NCBI GenBank assembly: GCA_009602725.1 | Contig: WELB01000021.1 | Location: 878,634-942,633 of the forward strand | Origin: Spirogloea muscicola | Lineage: Eukaryota | DNA length: 64,000 nt | Reading direction: 5' to 3' | In this document: piece after piece, positions 11,220 through 24,060 of the stretch | Numbering within the stretch: the first letter of the stretch is position 1 | How the letters are laid out: every line of letters begins with the position of its first letter | Made by a program: the position numbers and the translations under genes | The notes under the pieces: model-generated | Seen by the model: only the letters and a program-made list of their open reading frames with translations | What the model was told of the DNA's origin: nothing | Databases searched by the model: none

Positions 11220-14200
11220 AACTTTGGATCAGGTGAACGTATCAGTCTGCTCGTGCCAAGAACGTAGAGATGAAGAAATCTAAACTCAAGGAACATATCT
11301 CGACCTGACCGTCCAATATCGGTTTGTCATACTCTCGTGAAGGGAGCATTGTGGTCTGCAGCTGGAGGTGTACTTGGAGGTGCCTCGCAAGCAGTTTCTA
11401 TGAAGTTGTTGGGCACAGGGTTGATCAAGCTTGCACTTAGATCCTGCCTTGGTAGTGTAAATTCCAGGATATTGTAATAACAACCACAACTGTGTTGGAG
11501 GGATTTACTTTCTGGGCGTGCAAGCAGTACAAGGTGCCAAAAGACAAGCAGGTGGAGAGAGGGCTGTTCCATGGCGGCAATCCTTTACCAGTATGCGAAG
11601 CAAGTTGAGTGCGAGCTGAGCCACCAAAATTAGTAATGACTATGGTAACATAGGGAACCAGCTGGGCTGGGAACCCACTGACTCAGCCCTGTGGTCAACT
11701 AAAGTGCTTGTCTGTGTCAAGAGCGCACCAGTACATCGGGCTCAGTCATTCCGAAGCCAAAAACTCTTAATGTTACTGAGGCGAGCGAGTCTGCGTGCAT
11801 GCCCTAGCTATTGCTGCTATCCACCATAGGCGCGAGCTGAGCCTGTAAAACTTTTGATTTGTCTGCCGCCATAAGCGGTGCTCGTCTGTACCCCTTGGAA
11901 AGGGAAACGGCAAGCTAAGTACCTTTGGTTGGGGAAGACAATAATTGGCGGTGGCGACTTTCGAAGCCAATCTGGACATGCCACTTGATGTGTAGCCAGC
12001 TTTGACTAAAATTAAGTTTGGGCCCACTGGGCTGCTCGCAGCTCGTCCTCTCCCAAGCTGTCACGTCATGCATCCTGGACAATCTGGAGATACAAGGCAA
12101 TAGAGCTGCTTTACATTAGGGGCGTATGGGGGTGTTGTAGATTTTCAGCAAGTTCAGGGCTTTGTCAGCCAACCTCTGGGGAGAACGCTCTAGCTGCGAC
12201 CATAGTAGTCAGTTTCATCTGAGGACTAGCTGGTCGGCATTGTCATTAAGCCGCTCGCTAGCGAGATAAATATCTGTATCTAAAGGCAAGCTTGAGAACA
12301 GAAGAAGTGACAGCACGTTCCTGCATGTGACTGGCAAACATACGAGTTCAGGAAGACGAGCCTGTACAGGACCTTGTTAAAAGTGAATGCTTTGGTGCTA
12401 CAGATTGCGGAACATTGAAGCGGCATTTCTAGCTAGGCATCAGCTGCTCACCGTCCTCATGGGGTTTCCACCTGAATGCAGTGCTCTGTACGATTCCTTC
12501 CAGATGGTAGCTGGGGAGCATTAGACGCTACACTATGTGCTGGATTGCCTGCTTCACAAAATGAAGCAAGAGAGTTGGAGGGACTAGGGTGAGTTACCAG
12601 ACAGCACATCGACCAATCCAAGTGGACGCCATTCAGGAACAAGGCATATACTAGCAAATGTTAGCGTACTACCGTCGCCAGATGACATAGTCAAAGAAGA
12701 TGTCACATACCTGTGATGAAGACTGCCACTCTCTACATTTCCATCTTCCTACTCCACCTGAATCCTGGGCTGAAGCCATGACTCACATACTCATACCGAG
12801 CAGGTGATCTACCAAAGCAGTGGAATGCACGAGGCCACATGATCTTTGGACACGAGACAAGCCCACCTTTGCCCATCCTAGGGTGTTCGACTTCTGTGGG
12901 TGGATGAGCAATCCAAGTGGATTACAACACAACTTGCAACATAAGCTCGTCGGTGTTATGGTAGATTACAGTAAGCAAGTAAAGAGACCTTGTTTGATCT
13001 TGAGGTAAGGAATATAGGTATACAGCAAATATGCAGTTTTTGGACGGAAAGGAGGTCCAGATGACTCCGCCTGTCTCCTCAGGCCTTCAAGATAGTAGGT
13101 GACGTACAATAGTGGCCTGCACCTGACGAATCTAAGCTTGTAGTTAATGAGGAGGCAGGAGATGAGACTGGCGACTGAGTCGAGTGAAGTGCAAGGAGTT
13201 GACAAATGAGGCTGCTGCATTAGTGAGAGACAGGCCGAAAAGCTGAAGGGGAGGTAGCCAGGTTATATACGCCAGATTTGAGAGAAGCTAGTGCTCTTGC
13301 CAATGCAATTGTTCTTGAGCCTTTCAGCATGTAATAAGCCATGAGCAGTGCTGATGCTACGAAGCAGGCTGCTATCCCCAAGAACTCACACAGTGAAAGG
13401 AGAAATGCTGATCCATGCTGGCTATGGATGAGTGTCACCTTTTCCCACCCGTTCACTGGCAGGGTAATACTGAAACTTGTCAGATCCATCCCGCTCCTGC
13501 ATGGCTCCCTTTTATGGACGGGCAGATCAGAACGCCCAAGAGCACGGCTACGCAAGAAAAGTTGGAAGGCAGTGTGTCGGCTAAAACCATGACCAAGCAA
13601 AGAAGTCCACAGGCGTCAGACGGTGGATGAGGAAATCACTCGCCCCCACACACTCACGTTGTCCCCTTTACAGCCTCCCTGCCCTTCCGGCCTCAAGTAC
13701 ACCAATTTTATATCTGTGATGAGTAATTATCAAGTATCTGCCATCACCGGCGTACACCCACGGCCCTACACCGACCATCTACCCTTGGTGTACTGCCACC
13801 GGAAGCTGTATCAGTAATTTGTTGATGAAACTCATGAAGGCGTCGTTCCTGCACAGTGTCCTCTAGACCACTGGAATTGTGAATATACACCTGAAGTGCT
13901 GCTGTCTGTAATATCTGGCAGTGGCCCGACCAATCTTGCTTAGTAGCCTCCACAGCCACAACCGGGATCATGTCCTGGCAGAACTATGTCAGCTAGTAGC
14001 TATTGCGTCTCTCGATTACAACCAGAGTACACAACAAGAAGGCCGAAGTACTCAGATTTGTCACATCTTAGAAATTATTATGCACACCTTGCTGGAGGTG
14101 CTACTCGTCATTGAGTGACATCAGGCAGCTCAGACCGAACAGGTCAGATGTGATGAATGAACTGACACGCTGTAAAGCGTGAAGTGCAATTATCTGCACG

Positions 14201-14396
14201 AAAAGGTGGAAGGTTGGACGTGCATCTCATGGATATCAGGGTTGGTAATTTAAGAGTATCTCTGAGGCGCTTCAAAGTGCCTCAGGAAAAAATGTCTGGT
14301 AGATTAATGCTCTTGCGGAGGGAAGCGAAAGCCCGTGTGCACATAACACAGAAAGTGCAGCAACATCGTTGCATGGAAGTAATTATTCGATGGAGC

Positions 14397-14458
14397 TCGA
14401 ATACTTCCAAAGCAGAGTCTGGACATTGGAATACTTCCAAAGCAGAGTCTGGACATTG
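14397..14458. repeat. 30-bp tandem repeat x2 downstream of WRKY stop (also at 63781-63840)
   Basis: GAATACTTCCAAAGCAGAGTCTGGACATTG repeated. Confidence 0.8.
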
Positions 14459-14595
14459 GTAGCATCTCAAAACTCCACCAGGCCTAGTCTTTATACCAGT
14501 CACCAAGCTAGAATGCACATGCGAATGTATACTAGAACCACCCTGTATGCCATTGACATCCTTGCTCATGATCCTTGAACCTCTTGAACCATAGG

Positions 14596-16532
14596 TCAGC
14601 TCCACATATTGTCGAAGTCTGAGAGACCTAGCGGTGCAAAGCCATTTCCTGGTTCTGCTGTTTCTCCATAAGGCAGACGCCAGTGACCTTGCGAGTGCAA
14701 GTTATGTGCCTTCACTGGACCTGCTTCTGACTGGGAGCTGAAGAAGGATTCGACAGCCTCAGATTCCGGGGAGAATCCCAGGGACTCGCTGGAGCTTGGT
14801 GTAGAACTGTAGTCCTCCATGTCTTCCGCCCCTGAGCCCGCTGCAGCGACATCCTCATAGCCTGCATCCTGTCCCTCGAAGATTGCTGCGATGTTCATGT
14901 TGCAATCTGCATCAGCCTTATGTGTGTACTGCTCACATGTGATCCATGGGTCCACGGGCACACCATTTGATGCTTTTGAAGTTGCTGGTGCAGGCCCCAA
15001 TATCTGAGCTCTCGTATGTGGAAGTGCGGCAGTGCTTGGTCCTCCTCTAGGTGGCGGATGAGGATCTCTTGGACCGATGTCAATGGGCGGGCCCCCATTC
15101 TGGCCGATGAGAGAGATCGTGATTGGTTTTGGAGGGGCAGCGTGGGTATGATAGCCAAGATAGGTGACAACATACACATTCTTGTCGTCCTTAGATACCT
15201 CCACTTTCTTCTTTGCCAGGCATGGCTGGTCAGAGTCCTCCAGGCTGCAGTGGAAGTAATTGCGAGGATTTGGGGAGCTCTTGATGGGCTTCCTGCCGTA
15301 TTTGCGCCAACTCCAACCATCGTCAGGGATGTGCTTCTCGTCCAAGGGCACTTGGCTTATCACGTGTATCTCCTTAGTGGGCACCTTTGGTCTGCAAAAG
15401 TTGGATGTTGAAGGTGTTAGTACACATGTAGATTGCGAAGTTGCCACAGCTAGCCGCTCACACGCCGTGCCAGCAATTTGAGATGACGTCCAAATTCGAT
15501 ACAATGAGACTGTTGTCGTGTCGATGTTGATGAGCTCAGATTTCTCGTGGTGAGCAAGCTCATGCAATGTGGCTCATTGCAATTGACCACACCCAAATGC
15601 ATGTAGCACTCACTTTCTTAGAGATTGGCGACTGCCATCTCTCCTGTCGCCATTGGAGCATCTGGTCCGCTTGGCTCCGCCACGTTTGTCAGCATACTGG
15701 TTGAGAACAACAGCTCCCTCGTCGCAGTGTGATTCATTCGTCGCCCTATCGGCACTGGCTTGCAAGCAGACATCCTCCTCCATCTTCACGGGTAGCAGGG
15801 CTGAGTATCCAGCGAGGTGAGACGTGCTCTTCTCACTGGAGGTTGTCGATGCAGACATTGGGCTCGGGGGTGCCGTATGCGGGCAAAGGGAGAAAGGTCC
15901 TTGGCTGCTGCATGCTCCCAGATGGACCACTCGATCAAGGGCGAGAGAGGGAGAAGAAGCATGTGGACTGGCTACTTCCAAATGGCCTGCAAGGACACAG
16001 AACTCCAGTAACTGCTCTTGGGCTTGCAGCAATGTGGCCGTGAGATCCGCAAGCTGCCTCTGCCCAGTGCTTGTTGTACACGTGGCTGCTGATGCCCCGA
16101 ACTTTCTGCAACAAGTAGGAAGGCACGAAGTATTGAAGGATCCGCGAGCGCCAGACGTTGGAGCAGCTTCATCACACAATGTAGCACACTCAAGCACAGC
16201 AAGGTTCCAGGTAGCAACTGAGCAGATGGGCGGGTAGGATCAAGCAGCCGTGTGGAAGGCTTTACAAAAAGACTCGCTACTGCGAAGGGCGGTCTTGTGT
16301 CTGAGCGCCGAGAGCTGTACCCAGCTGCAGCTGCCCATGGTGCCAGCTGAGCGAGGTCGTGACACATCTCTTGCTGGCAAGCAGAGCTCCTCTGGATCCA
16401 CAGCAGCTCGGCGAGAGTCGCGAGGTTGCCGACGGTGAGGCTGAGAGCGGAGGCGGCCTCCATGAGCCGGCGCGCAGCGTGAGCGTGGAGGTCCGAGCCG
16501 CCCGCGGGGCTTCCTTGGGGCAGCCGCGCCAT
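14596..16532 (-). CDS. WRKY: WRKY transcription factor, 3 exons (16532-16321, 16105-15614, 15391-14596), 499 aa
   Basis: Domain [27 protein letters not shown]8-C-X23-HTH. Two phase-2 GT-AG introns give a 1500-nt open frame. Exon 1 and 2 lengths (212, 492) are identical in the paralogue. Acidic Ser-rich C-terminus. Confidence 0.9.
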
Positions 16533-16680
16533 TGGGAAGACGGCGCAAGGGCTTGGGAGTGGCGGGGGCGCTCGCTTAGCAGGGGCTGGGCCTTCCGCGA
16601 CGAGGAGCAGCGGCCGGGGAGCCGTCGCGGCGGTAGGTGGGCAATGCGGGCTTGTGCTGCGAGACGGGGCCCCGCGGCGC

Positions 16681-16869
16681 TTATATGGGCGCGGCGGCGG
16701 CGGCGGCGGCGGCCCGCGCCGGAGTCCGCCCGCCCGGCCGGGCTCCGCCACTCCGCCACCGCCACTACCGTTTACACGTATCTTGGACTCCGCCCTCGTG
16801 GGCGGGGGGGCCCGGCCGGGCGGGGCCCGCCACCAAGGTCAACGCCCGGCTGGCCGGCCGCCACGTGGC
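16681..16869 (-). promoter_or_regulatory. WRKY promoter: TATA box, W-box, G-box
   Basis: CATATAA at 16687-16681, TTGACC at 16842-16837, perfect G-box GCCACGTGGC at 16860-16869. The TATA box and G-box are conserved in the right arm. Confidence 0.55.
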
Positions 16870-17974
16870 GCTGGCTCAGCTTCCCGCCACTCTGCTGTGC
16901 GCGAAACCTGGCCGGCTTCCCGGCAGCCTCCAGTAGGCGTCGGGATTGCCAGTTCTTGCTCTGCGCAGACAGCAGCCCATCCTCGAGACGCGAACGCTTG
17001 CGTGGAAGAGAAGAAACGCTTTTCCAGTTTAGGGCGCTGGCTGTGATTAGCCAGCCCATAAAAGAAGGAACAAAGTGCGTCAAATCTAGTCACAGGCTCG
17101 CTCTCCCGGCTTCTGCCGGGCCACTTGACAGGCTACTCGCGTATCCTGCGCCACATCTGTATCGTCTTTTAAGCGTGGATGTCGAGCGCACCGTCATCAC
17201 GAATTGCTTGTCCATGAGCCGCCACCAGCAAGGCGCTGTTCTAAAGCTGGGCTGGCTACCATGGCCACAGCCCCCTGGAATAGCTTCTTCTGCTCGAGCT
17301 AGCAGTGCTGACCACATTGTCCAGATGACATATAATCGAATCGCATGGTCTGGGTTGGCGGCAAGCGCACATCCTCGATCTGGTGGCACGAACAACATTG
17401 CATCGAGATCTCAAGACGCAAGCTACCACCCCTTGCATGTTCAATGGACCTGCAACAACCAGACCGCTTGTTCTTGAAGGTAGGGAGTGAATGGATCTGA
17501 CACAGGAAGCAATCCGTAATTTACACCGAGCCCTATTGCTACTCTTATTCAGCAGACTAGTTATTTTAAGTATGATGCTGGCGTTATTAAACCTTGTCGA
17601 CTGCAGCATTGACTTGAATTTCAGAATGCTGGCCCTGATAATCCCTGCCGACTGCGGCTGAGAAAGTCATGTGCTTCGAATGGCCCCCATCGCGCCCATC
17701 CTACATAGTCCAATGCATGAGCAGATGTTCACAGTCAAGGATTCGCTGGTCCAGTCAAGATGATGCACGATGACATGAGAATTATTTGTGCTATCACAGC
17801 CAAGGGCGTTCCCTGAGGTACAGCACATGGAGCTGTACGTTTATGAACGGCACATTACTGTCAATGCTCGCATTTACGAGACTGATACTGAAAATGAAAT
17901 TTACATGGTATGATAAAGTGACAATAGAATCAACAGTCCTCTTGCACTTTCGAAAACTGCGTGTATTGAGAAAA

Positions 17975-18345
17975 TAGAAGGCCAAAGTGGCCAAGTACCA
18001 CGGCAAGCACATCTGTTGACGTACTTCACCCACTGAAAATGCACCCGATCATCATCTACGGGTCAGCCCGAAGAGGTCGCGAATCGATGCCTGAATATTG
18101 GATGGCAAATCCAAGCCATTCTGCCACCAAGTAGAGCTCGCCCAGCTTTCTGGTGCTAAGCATGAGCCTGAGCACGCTGCAAAACGGCCGACACACGATG
18201 GAGCAAATACGGAAATTATGCAGCTGGCAAGCCCATCTTGGCCGGAAGCACATCTTGCGCGTCCTGCATAGCATAGACTGGCAAAATTCAAGGAGGGTGT
18301 GGAAAGGAGGACCTATACAGCCAAAGATATCGACTGCAGCTGAGA
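17975..18345 (-). mobile_element. Subfamily-2 retroelement 3' fragment abutting (TC)n tract (paralogue 59895-60270)
   Basis: IQASIRDLFGLTRR* followed by the GTGCTTGCCGTGGTACTTGGCCAC 3'UTR motif. Confidence 0.6.
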
Positions 18346-18359
18346 ACGCCGAGCGATCG

Positions 18360-18580
18360 CGAGAGAGAGCGAGGAAGGGAGAGAGACGGATATAGGAAAA
18401 AAGGGAGAGAAGAATAGAGAGGGAGAGAGAGGGAGGAGAAAGAGTGAGGGGGGGGAGAGAGAAAGACAGAGAGAGAGAGAGAGACAGAGAGAGAGAGAGG
18501 GAGAGGGAGAGGGAGAGAGAGAGGGAAGGGGGAGGGAGAGGGAGAGGGAGAGGTAGAGAGGGCGAGAGGGAGAGCGAAAG
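18360..18580. repeat. (GA)n/(GGGAGA)n microsatellite
   Basis: Seen directly. Homologous tracts lie at 20591-20790 and 59680-59890. Confidence 0.95.
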
Positions 18581-20590
18581 AAAGCTGAAGCCTCTGAGGC
18601 ATCTGTGATTTTCCAACGCTGCATAAAGGCATTTGCGTTCCTCCTAATGCTGCCTCTGCACTGCAGCAATCAACTCCACAATTGGCGCTGATTGCTTTTG
18701 ACCAAGTGCATGTCGTGTGTAAGTCTTCGCCAAAATCGGAAGTTTGGGCTTGCGTGATTGCTGCCTTCTGAAACGTGTTATCAATGCTGGGAAGGCGTGG
18801 TGTGAGCTCGTGGTTCAGTATTGCACAGGGAGTAACATGTTTTGAGGGACGGAGGGCCAAAGTGACCAGAAACAAAGGCAAGCACATGCATATTGTGCAG
18901 GGCAAAGCACAGGCAGGTGAAGAGGGGCCAGGCGTGACCAGAACGAGCCCGGTGATTGTGTGCAGCAGCAAGCCCGGTGTTGCAGCCATGACGTCGGTCG
19001 CCAAGTATGGGCTCGAGAAGGTGACATGAGGCTTTACCTGCATCAGCAATGTGCTTGCTTGGAGGCAGCCGTTGTCAGCCCCGCCTTGCTATCCATTGGT
19101 ACAGCGCTTGGCCCGTGCGCTCTGCTGTGGACGCCGCAGGTTGCTCAATGGCCGCTTGTTTGCTGCCTGAACGATGGCAGTGGGCAATGACCATCCTCCA
19201 CTCTGCGCCTCCCGGGGTGTGGCCGTCTTGGCTTCGTGCCTCGACCCTGACGGGGCGGCCGCTTTGTCGCCCCAGGTCTCTGTCCACGCTCACATTTGTA
19301 CAACGATTCCAGGCCTGCACTCCGAAGAGACGGGAAAGCTGGGAGGATAAGTCGAGTAGGCGGCGGCCATGGACGCGGCAGCGCGTCGCGACGAGCTTGA
19401 AGAATTGCAGCTGCTGAACTAAAGAGCGTTTGTAAAAGCCAGCCAGGTGCATAGAGCAGGGCGCTGCCTGGACGACATAGGGCCCACGGCTCCACATCGG
19501 GCCCACGGCTCCATATCGGGCCCACGGCCCGCCATCGGGCCCACGGCCAGCCCAGCTTGTCGGTGGTACGTCGACCCCTGCGCGCGGGGTGAATGCGCCT
19601 GATTGGGCGGAAGGACCTCGCCCGGCCGCCCGTTGACCTCCAAATGGGAGCTTGTGGGAGGGAGCGGTTGACCCGACGGAGACTTCACCTTCGAATTGGA
19701 TTGTGGAGCGCACGTTTCTCCAGCTCCTCGGTGCCCTCCTCGGCAAGCAAGGTCCCCGCCCTTGTCTTGGATAGCGCTGCGTTGGGCAGCTCGCTGCCTG
19801 CGCGTGCAGGAAGCAGCGGCAGAGAGGCGCAGCTCACACTCCCCGCTCAAGAGCACACTCCATAGGTCCATATGGCAATGTAATGGGCTGCAAAGGCTCT
19901 GCGTGTGTAACATCACCACAGTATTCCACTCAGCGTCCGACACCACTGACCAAATGCTTGTGTTATCCGATGCTAAGGACTGCAATGCAGTAGTCAAGCG
20001 TGGCTGATTGCTCACGCTTCAGTGAATGCTGTCACCTGATGATACACCAAGGATGTGAACCACGGCTGGATCACCCCTGGAGTCAATACACACTCCATTC
20101 CTGAGCAATCGACCACCACAAGAGTACCATGTTTAGTGGCTGCTCTTGCTTCTGACCTTCAAGCATTTTTACTTGCAATAACACAAGTGCGGACATTCTT
20201 GTAGCAGCCCGTGCATGTGAATTACCTTTTTGACTAATCTGCAGCAACTCACATTGGCAAAGCACTATATGATAGATCTTCGTTTCTTTTTTGTGCTTGA
20301 TGTTCTTCGTACTTCCCCTGGCCCCTTCTCGTCCTTTGTTCATTCTTTTTTGGGCTGGCTNNNNNNNNNNNNNNNNNNNNNNNNNNNNNNNNNNNNNNNN
20401 NNNNNNNNNNNNNNNNNNNNNNNNNNNNNNNNNNNNNNNNNNNNNNNNNNNNNNNNNNNNNNNNNNNNNNNNNNNNNNNNNNNNNNNNNNNNNNNNNNNN
20501 NNNNNNNNNNNNNNNNNNNNNNNNNNNNNNNNNNNNNNNNNNNNNNNNNNNNNNNNNNNNNNNNNNNNNNNNNNNNNNNNNNNNNNNNNN

Positions 20591-20642
<52 letters not shown>

Positions 20643-22570
20643 GGAGAGGGAGAGGAGAGTGAGGGAGGAGAGAGACAGGGAGAGGGAGAGGAGAGTGAGG
20701 GAGGAGAGAGGGAGAGAGAGAGAGAGAGAGAGGGAGGGGGGAGGGAGAGGGAGAGGGAGAGGTAAAGAGGGAGAGAGGGAGAGAGAAAGAAAGCTGAAGG
20801 CTTTGAGGCATCTGTGATTTTCCAACGCTGCATAAAGGCATTTGCGTTCCTCCTAATGCTGCCTCTGCACTGCAGCAGTCAACTCCAAAATTGGCGCTGA
20901 TTGCTATCACCAAGTGCATGTCGTGTGTAAGTCTTCGCCAAAACCGGAACTATGGGCTTGCGTGATTGCTGCCTTCTGAAACGTGTTATCAATGCTGGGA
21001 AGGCGTGATGTGAGCTCATGGTTCAGTACTGCACAGGGGAGTAACATGTTTTGAGTGACGGAGGGCCAAAGTGACCAGAAACAAAGGCAAGCACATGCAT
21101 ATTGTGCAGGGCAAAGCACAGGCAGGTGAAGAGGGGCCAGGCGTGACCAGAACGAGCCCGGTGATTGTGTGCAGCAGCAAGCCCGGTGTTGCAGCCATGA
21201 CGTCGGTCGCCAAGTATGGGCTCGAGAAGGTGACATGAGGCTTTACCTGCATCAGCAATGTGCTTGCTTGGAGGCAGCCGTTGTCAGCCCCGCCTTGCTA
21301 TCCATTGGTACAGCGCTTGGCCCGTGCGCTCTGCTGTGGACGCCGCAGGTTGCTCAATGGCCGCTTGTTTGCTGCCTGAACGATGGCAGTGGGCAATGAC
21401 CATCCTCCACTCTGCGCCTCCCGGGGTGTGGCCGTCTTGGCTTCGTGCCTCGACCCTGACGGGGCGGCCGCTTTGTCGCCCCAGGTCTCTGTCCACGCTC
21501 ACATTTGTACAACGATTCCAGGCCTGCACTCCGAAGAGACGGGAAAGCTGGGAGGATAAGTCGAGTAGGCGGCGGCCATGGACGCGGCAGCGCGTCGCGA
21601 CGAGCTTGAAGAATTGCAGCTGCTGAACTAAAGAGCGTTTGTAAAAGCCAGCCAGGTGCATAGAGCAGGGCGCTGCCTGGACGACATAGGGCCCACGGCT
21701 CCACATCGGGCCCACGGCTCCATATCGGGCCCACGGCCCGCCATCGGGCCCACGGCCAGCCCAGCTTGTCGGTGGTACGTCGACCCCTGCGCGCGGGGTG
21801 AATGCGCCTGATTGGGCGGAAGGACCTCGCCCGGCCGCCCGTTGACCTCCAAATGGGAGCTTGTGGGAGGGAGCGGTTGACCCGACGGAGACTTCACCTT
21901 CGAATTGGATTGTGGAGCGCACGTTTCTCCAGCTCCTCGGTGCCCTCCTCGGCAAGCAAGGTCCCCGCCCTTGTCTTGGATAGCGCTGCGTTGGGCAGCT
22001 CGCTGCCTGCGCGTGCAGGAAGCAGCGGCAGAGAGGCGCAGCTCACACTCCCCGCTCAAGAGCACACTCCATAGGTCCATATGGCAATGTAATGGGCTGC
22101 AAAGGCTCTGCGTGTGTAACATCACCACAGTATTCCACTCAGCGTCCGACACCACTGACCAAATGCTTGTGTTATCCGATGCTAAGGACTGCAATGCAGT
22201 AGTCAAGCGTGGCTGATTGCTCACGCTTCAGTGAATGCTGTCACCTGATGATACACCAAGGATGTGAACCACGGCTGGATCACCCCTGGAGTCAATACAC
22301 ACTCCATTCCTGAGCAATCGACCACCACAAGAGTACCATGTTTAGTGGCTGCTCTTGCTTCTGACCTTCAAGCATTTTTACTTGCAATAACACAAGTGCG
22401 GACATTCTTGTAGCAGCCCGTGCATGTGAATTACCTTTTTGACTAATCTGCAGCAACTCACATTGGCAAAGCACTATATGATAGATCTTCGTTTCTTTTT
22501 TGTGCTTGATGTTCTTCGTACTTCCCCTGGCCCCTTCTCGTCCTTTGTTCATTCTTTTTTGGGCTGGCTT
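18400..22570. repeat. ~2.2-kb direct tandem duplication around N gap 20361-20590 (offset 2209)
   Basis: ORF pairs 19049/21258, 19075/21284 and 19419/21628 are identical. Probably an assembly artefact. Confidence 0.85.
19480..19548 (-). repeat. 19-bp tandem repeat carrying GTGGGCCC (site II/TCP-like) motifs (also 21689-21757 and 58711-58780)
   Basis: Unit CCGTGGGCCCGATGTGGGG x3-4. Confidence 0.7.
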
Positions 22571-22607
22571 TTTCAGCCCCTACCCTCAATGGGCGAGCCC
22601 TTTCTCA
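22482..22607 (+). mobile_element. 126-bp 5'-truncated retroelement insertion with 6-bp TSD
   Basis: Flanked by ATATGA at 22476-22481 and 22608-22613. The empty site is present in the inverted paralogue (~57975-58000). It contains the 3' hairpin and ends GGGCGAGCCCTTTCTCA. Confidence 0.85.
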
Positions 22608-23679
22608 ATATGACAGGGTCACTGTCCCAAGGGCACACAGAATGCAAGATCTAGAATCAAAGAGAACATGCATCCATGCAAGAAAGCACTTGCTCTCTAA
22701 GAATAGTGGTAATCTTTTCAAAGTCCTGCTCTTCATCGTGGTATGAGAAGGTGGTCATGATCATCAGAAACCACCTCGGCCAGCTTAAATGCAGATTTTT
22801 CTGAGAGTTGGTGGTGAGATCTGCATGCCTACAATTAGCATTCCCAGACAAGACTTCTGACCATATCATTGTAAATGTCTAAGCAGGAAGACATGTCAGC
22901 TAGCACGCCTTGTATGATTGGAATTATACATGGAAGTGGTGGTGCATGACTACATCGCTGGAAAAAGTGTAGAGCTTACTGTTCTCCTTCTTGCTTTTGG
23001 CCTAGAGAAGCAGACAGCACCACCATCGTTCTTGGGTCAAGTCTGTTGTTGCAAAACAAGGTGGAGCCAATCGTTCTCAAGTCAATTGACGGCAGCTGCT
23101 GTAAAAGCTCGCCAATAGTCAGGTATACCTTCATAATCTCCAAAATCGATCAGTGCTTAAAGGCAATCTGGTCCAGATTTGTATGACCCGCAGGGCAATA
23201 CAGAAGGGTTTACAGTAAGTCAGACAACATGGATTTGATATACATTTGCAGGCACAGCAAACTGCTCAGATTAGGTGACAGAAGGGGCATTGCGAGGCTG
23301 CGCTTGAGACTGGCGCTTCCGGGAGGTTTCCTCACCTACATCGTCCGCGTTCAAGGGATGGCGGCGCTCAAGGAGGTCGCGATGCTCTCCACACGTGGTC
23401 GTGCACAGCGTCCGCCGAGACAGGTGCCCCCGCCGTGGACCGCAGCCTGCGGATAGAGAGAAGCGAGTGTTTAACGAGAAGCTCGCTACTGCAGAACCCC
23501 TGCCCAGTGCGGACTGGCAGAAGGGTTTAGGAGGGGCGTTCATGAAGACGCGGAGGCTCGTCTGCCGAGGGCGTTGGAGACGGGGCTTTTGGCTTTTGGG
23601 TATCTACAGTGGGGTTGTGGAGACCCAGCTGGCGGCAAGCGCGCCGCCGCTCCTGGGGGCGAAGAAAAATCGTGTATTT

Positions 23680-24060
23680 GAACGAAGGCCAAATGGCCCA
23701 GTACAAAGGCAAGCACATCTGAAGACCTACATAACCTACAGCAGGTTGACCCGCTTAGTAAGCACGGGTCAAAACATAAAGGTCGCTAATCGATGCCTGA
23801 ATACTAGATGGCAGATACGAAGCCCTTCTGCCACCAACTAGAGCTCGCCCATCTTTCTGGTGCAAAGCATTCGCCTGAGCACGCTGCAAACAGGCCGAAA
23901 CTCGTCGTCGCAAGAATGACAGATATGCAGCTGGCAAGCCCATCTCAGCCGGGAACACATCTGCATGTCGTGTGTAGCCTAGATCTGCAATTTGAAGGAG
24001 AGTGTGGAAATGAGGACCTAAGCAGCCAAAATGTCGACTGCCGCTGGCAGGAGCTGATCC
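23680..24060 (-). mobile_element. Subfamily-2 retroelement 3' fragment
   Basis: ORF 23755..23958 RRRVSACLQRAQANALHQKDGRAL...SISDLYVLTRAY. Confidence 0.7.

Larger units (their letters stand above)
14239..23235 (-). repeat. Left arm of large inverted segmental duplication (partner 56590-64000)
   Basis: Colinear reverse-complement similarity over the WRKY gene, promoter, GA tract and flanks. For example, ORFs 15610..16197 and 62032..62619 are both 195 aa and near-identical. Confidence 0.95.

Noticed and set aside
15392..15567. N-terminal part of ORF 14596..15567 as coding sequence
   Set aside because: It lies in intron 2. The paralogue has a 5-nt indel here, and the splice phases fit the 3-exon model.
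16359..17477. 372-aa + strand ORF
   Set aside because: Antisense to WRKY exon 1 and its GC-rich promoter; frame not conserved in the right arm.
19075..19746. 223-aa ORF partly open in both arms (58320..58991)
   Set aside because: Many differences between the arms change amino acids, the ends differ, and no domain is recognised. Not excluded, but unsupported.
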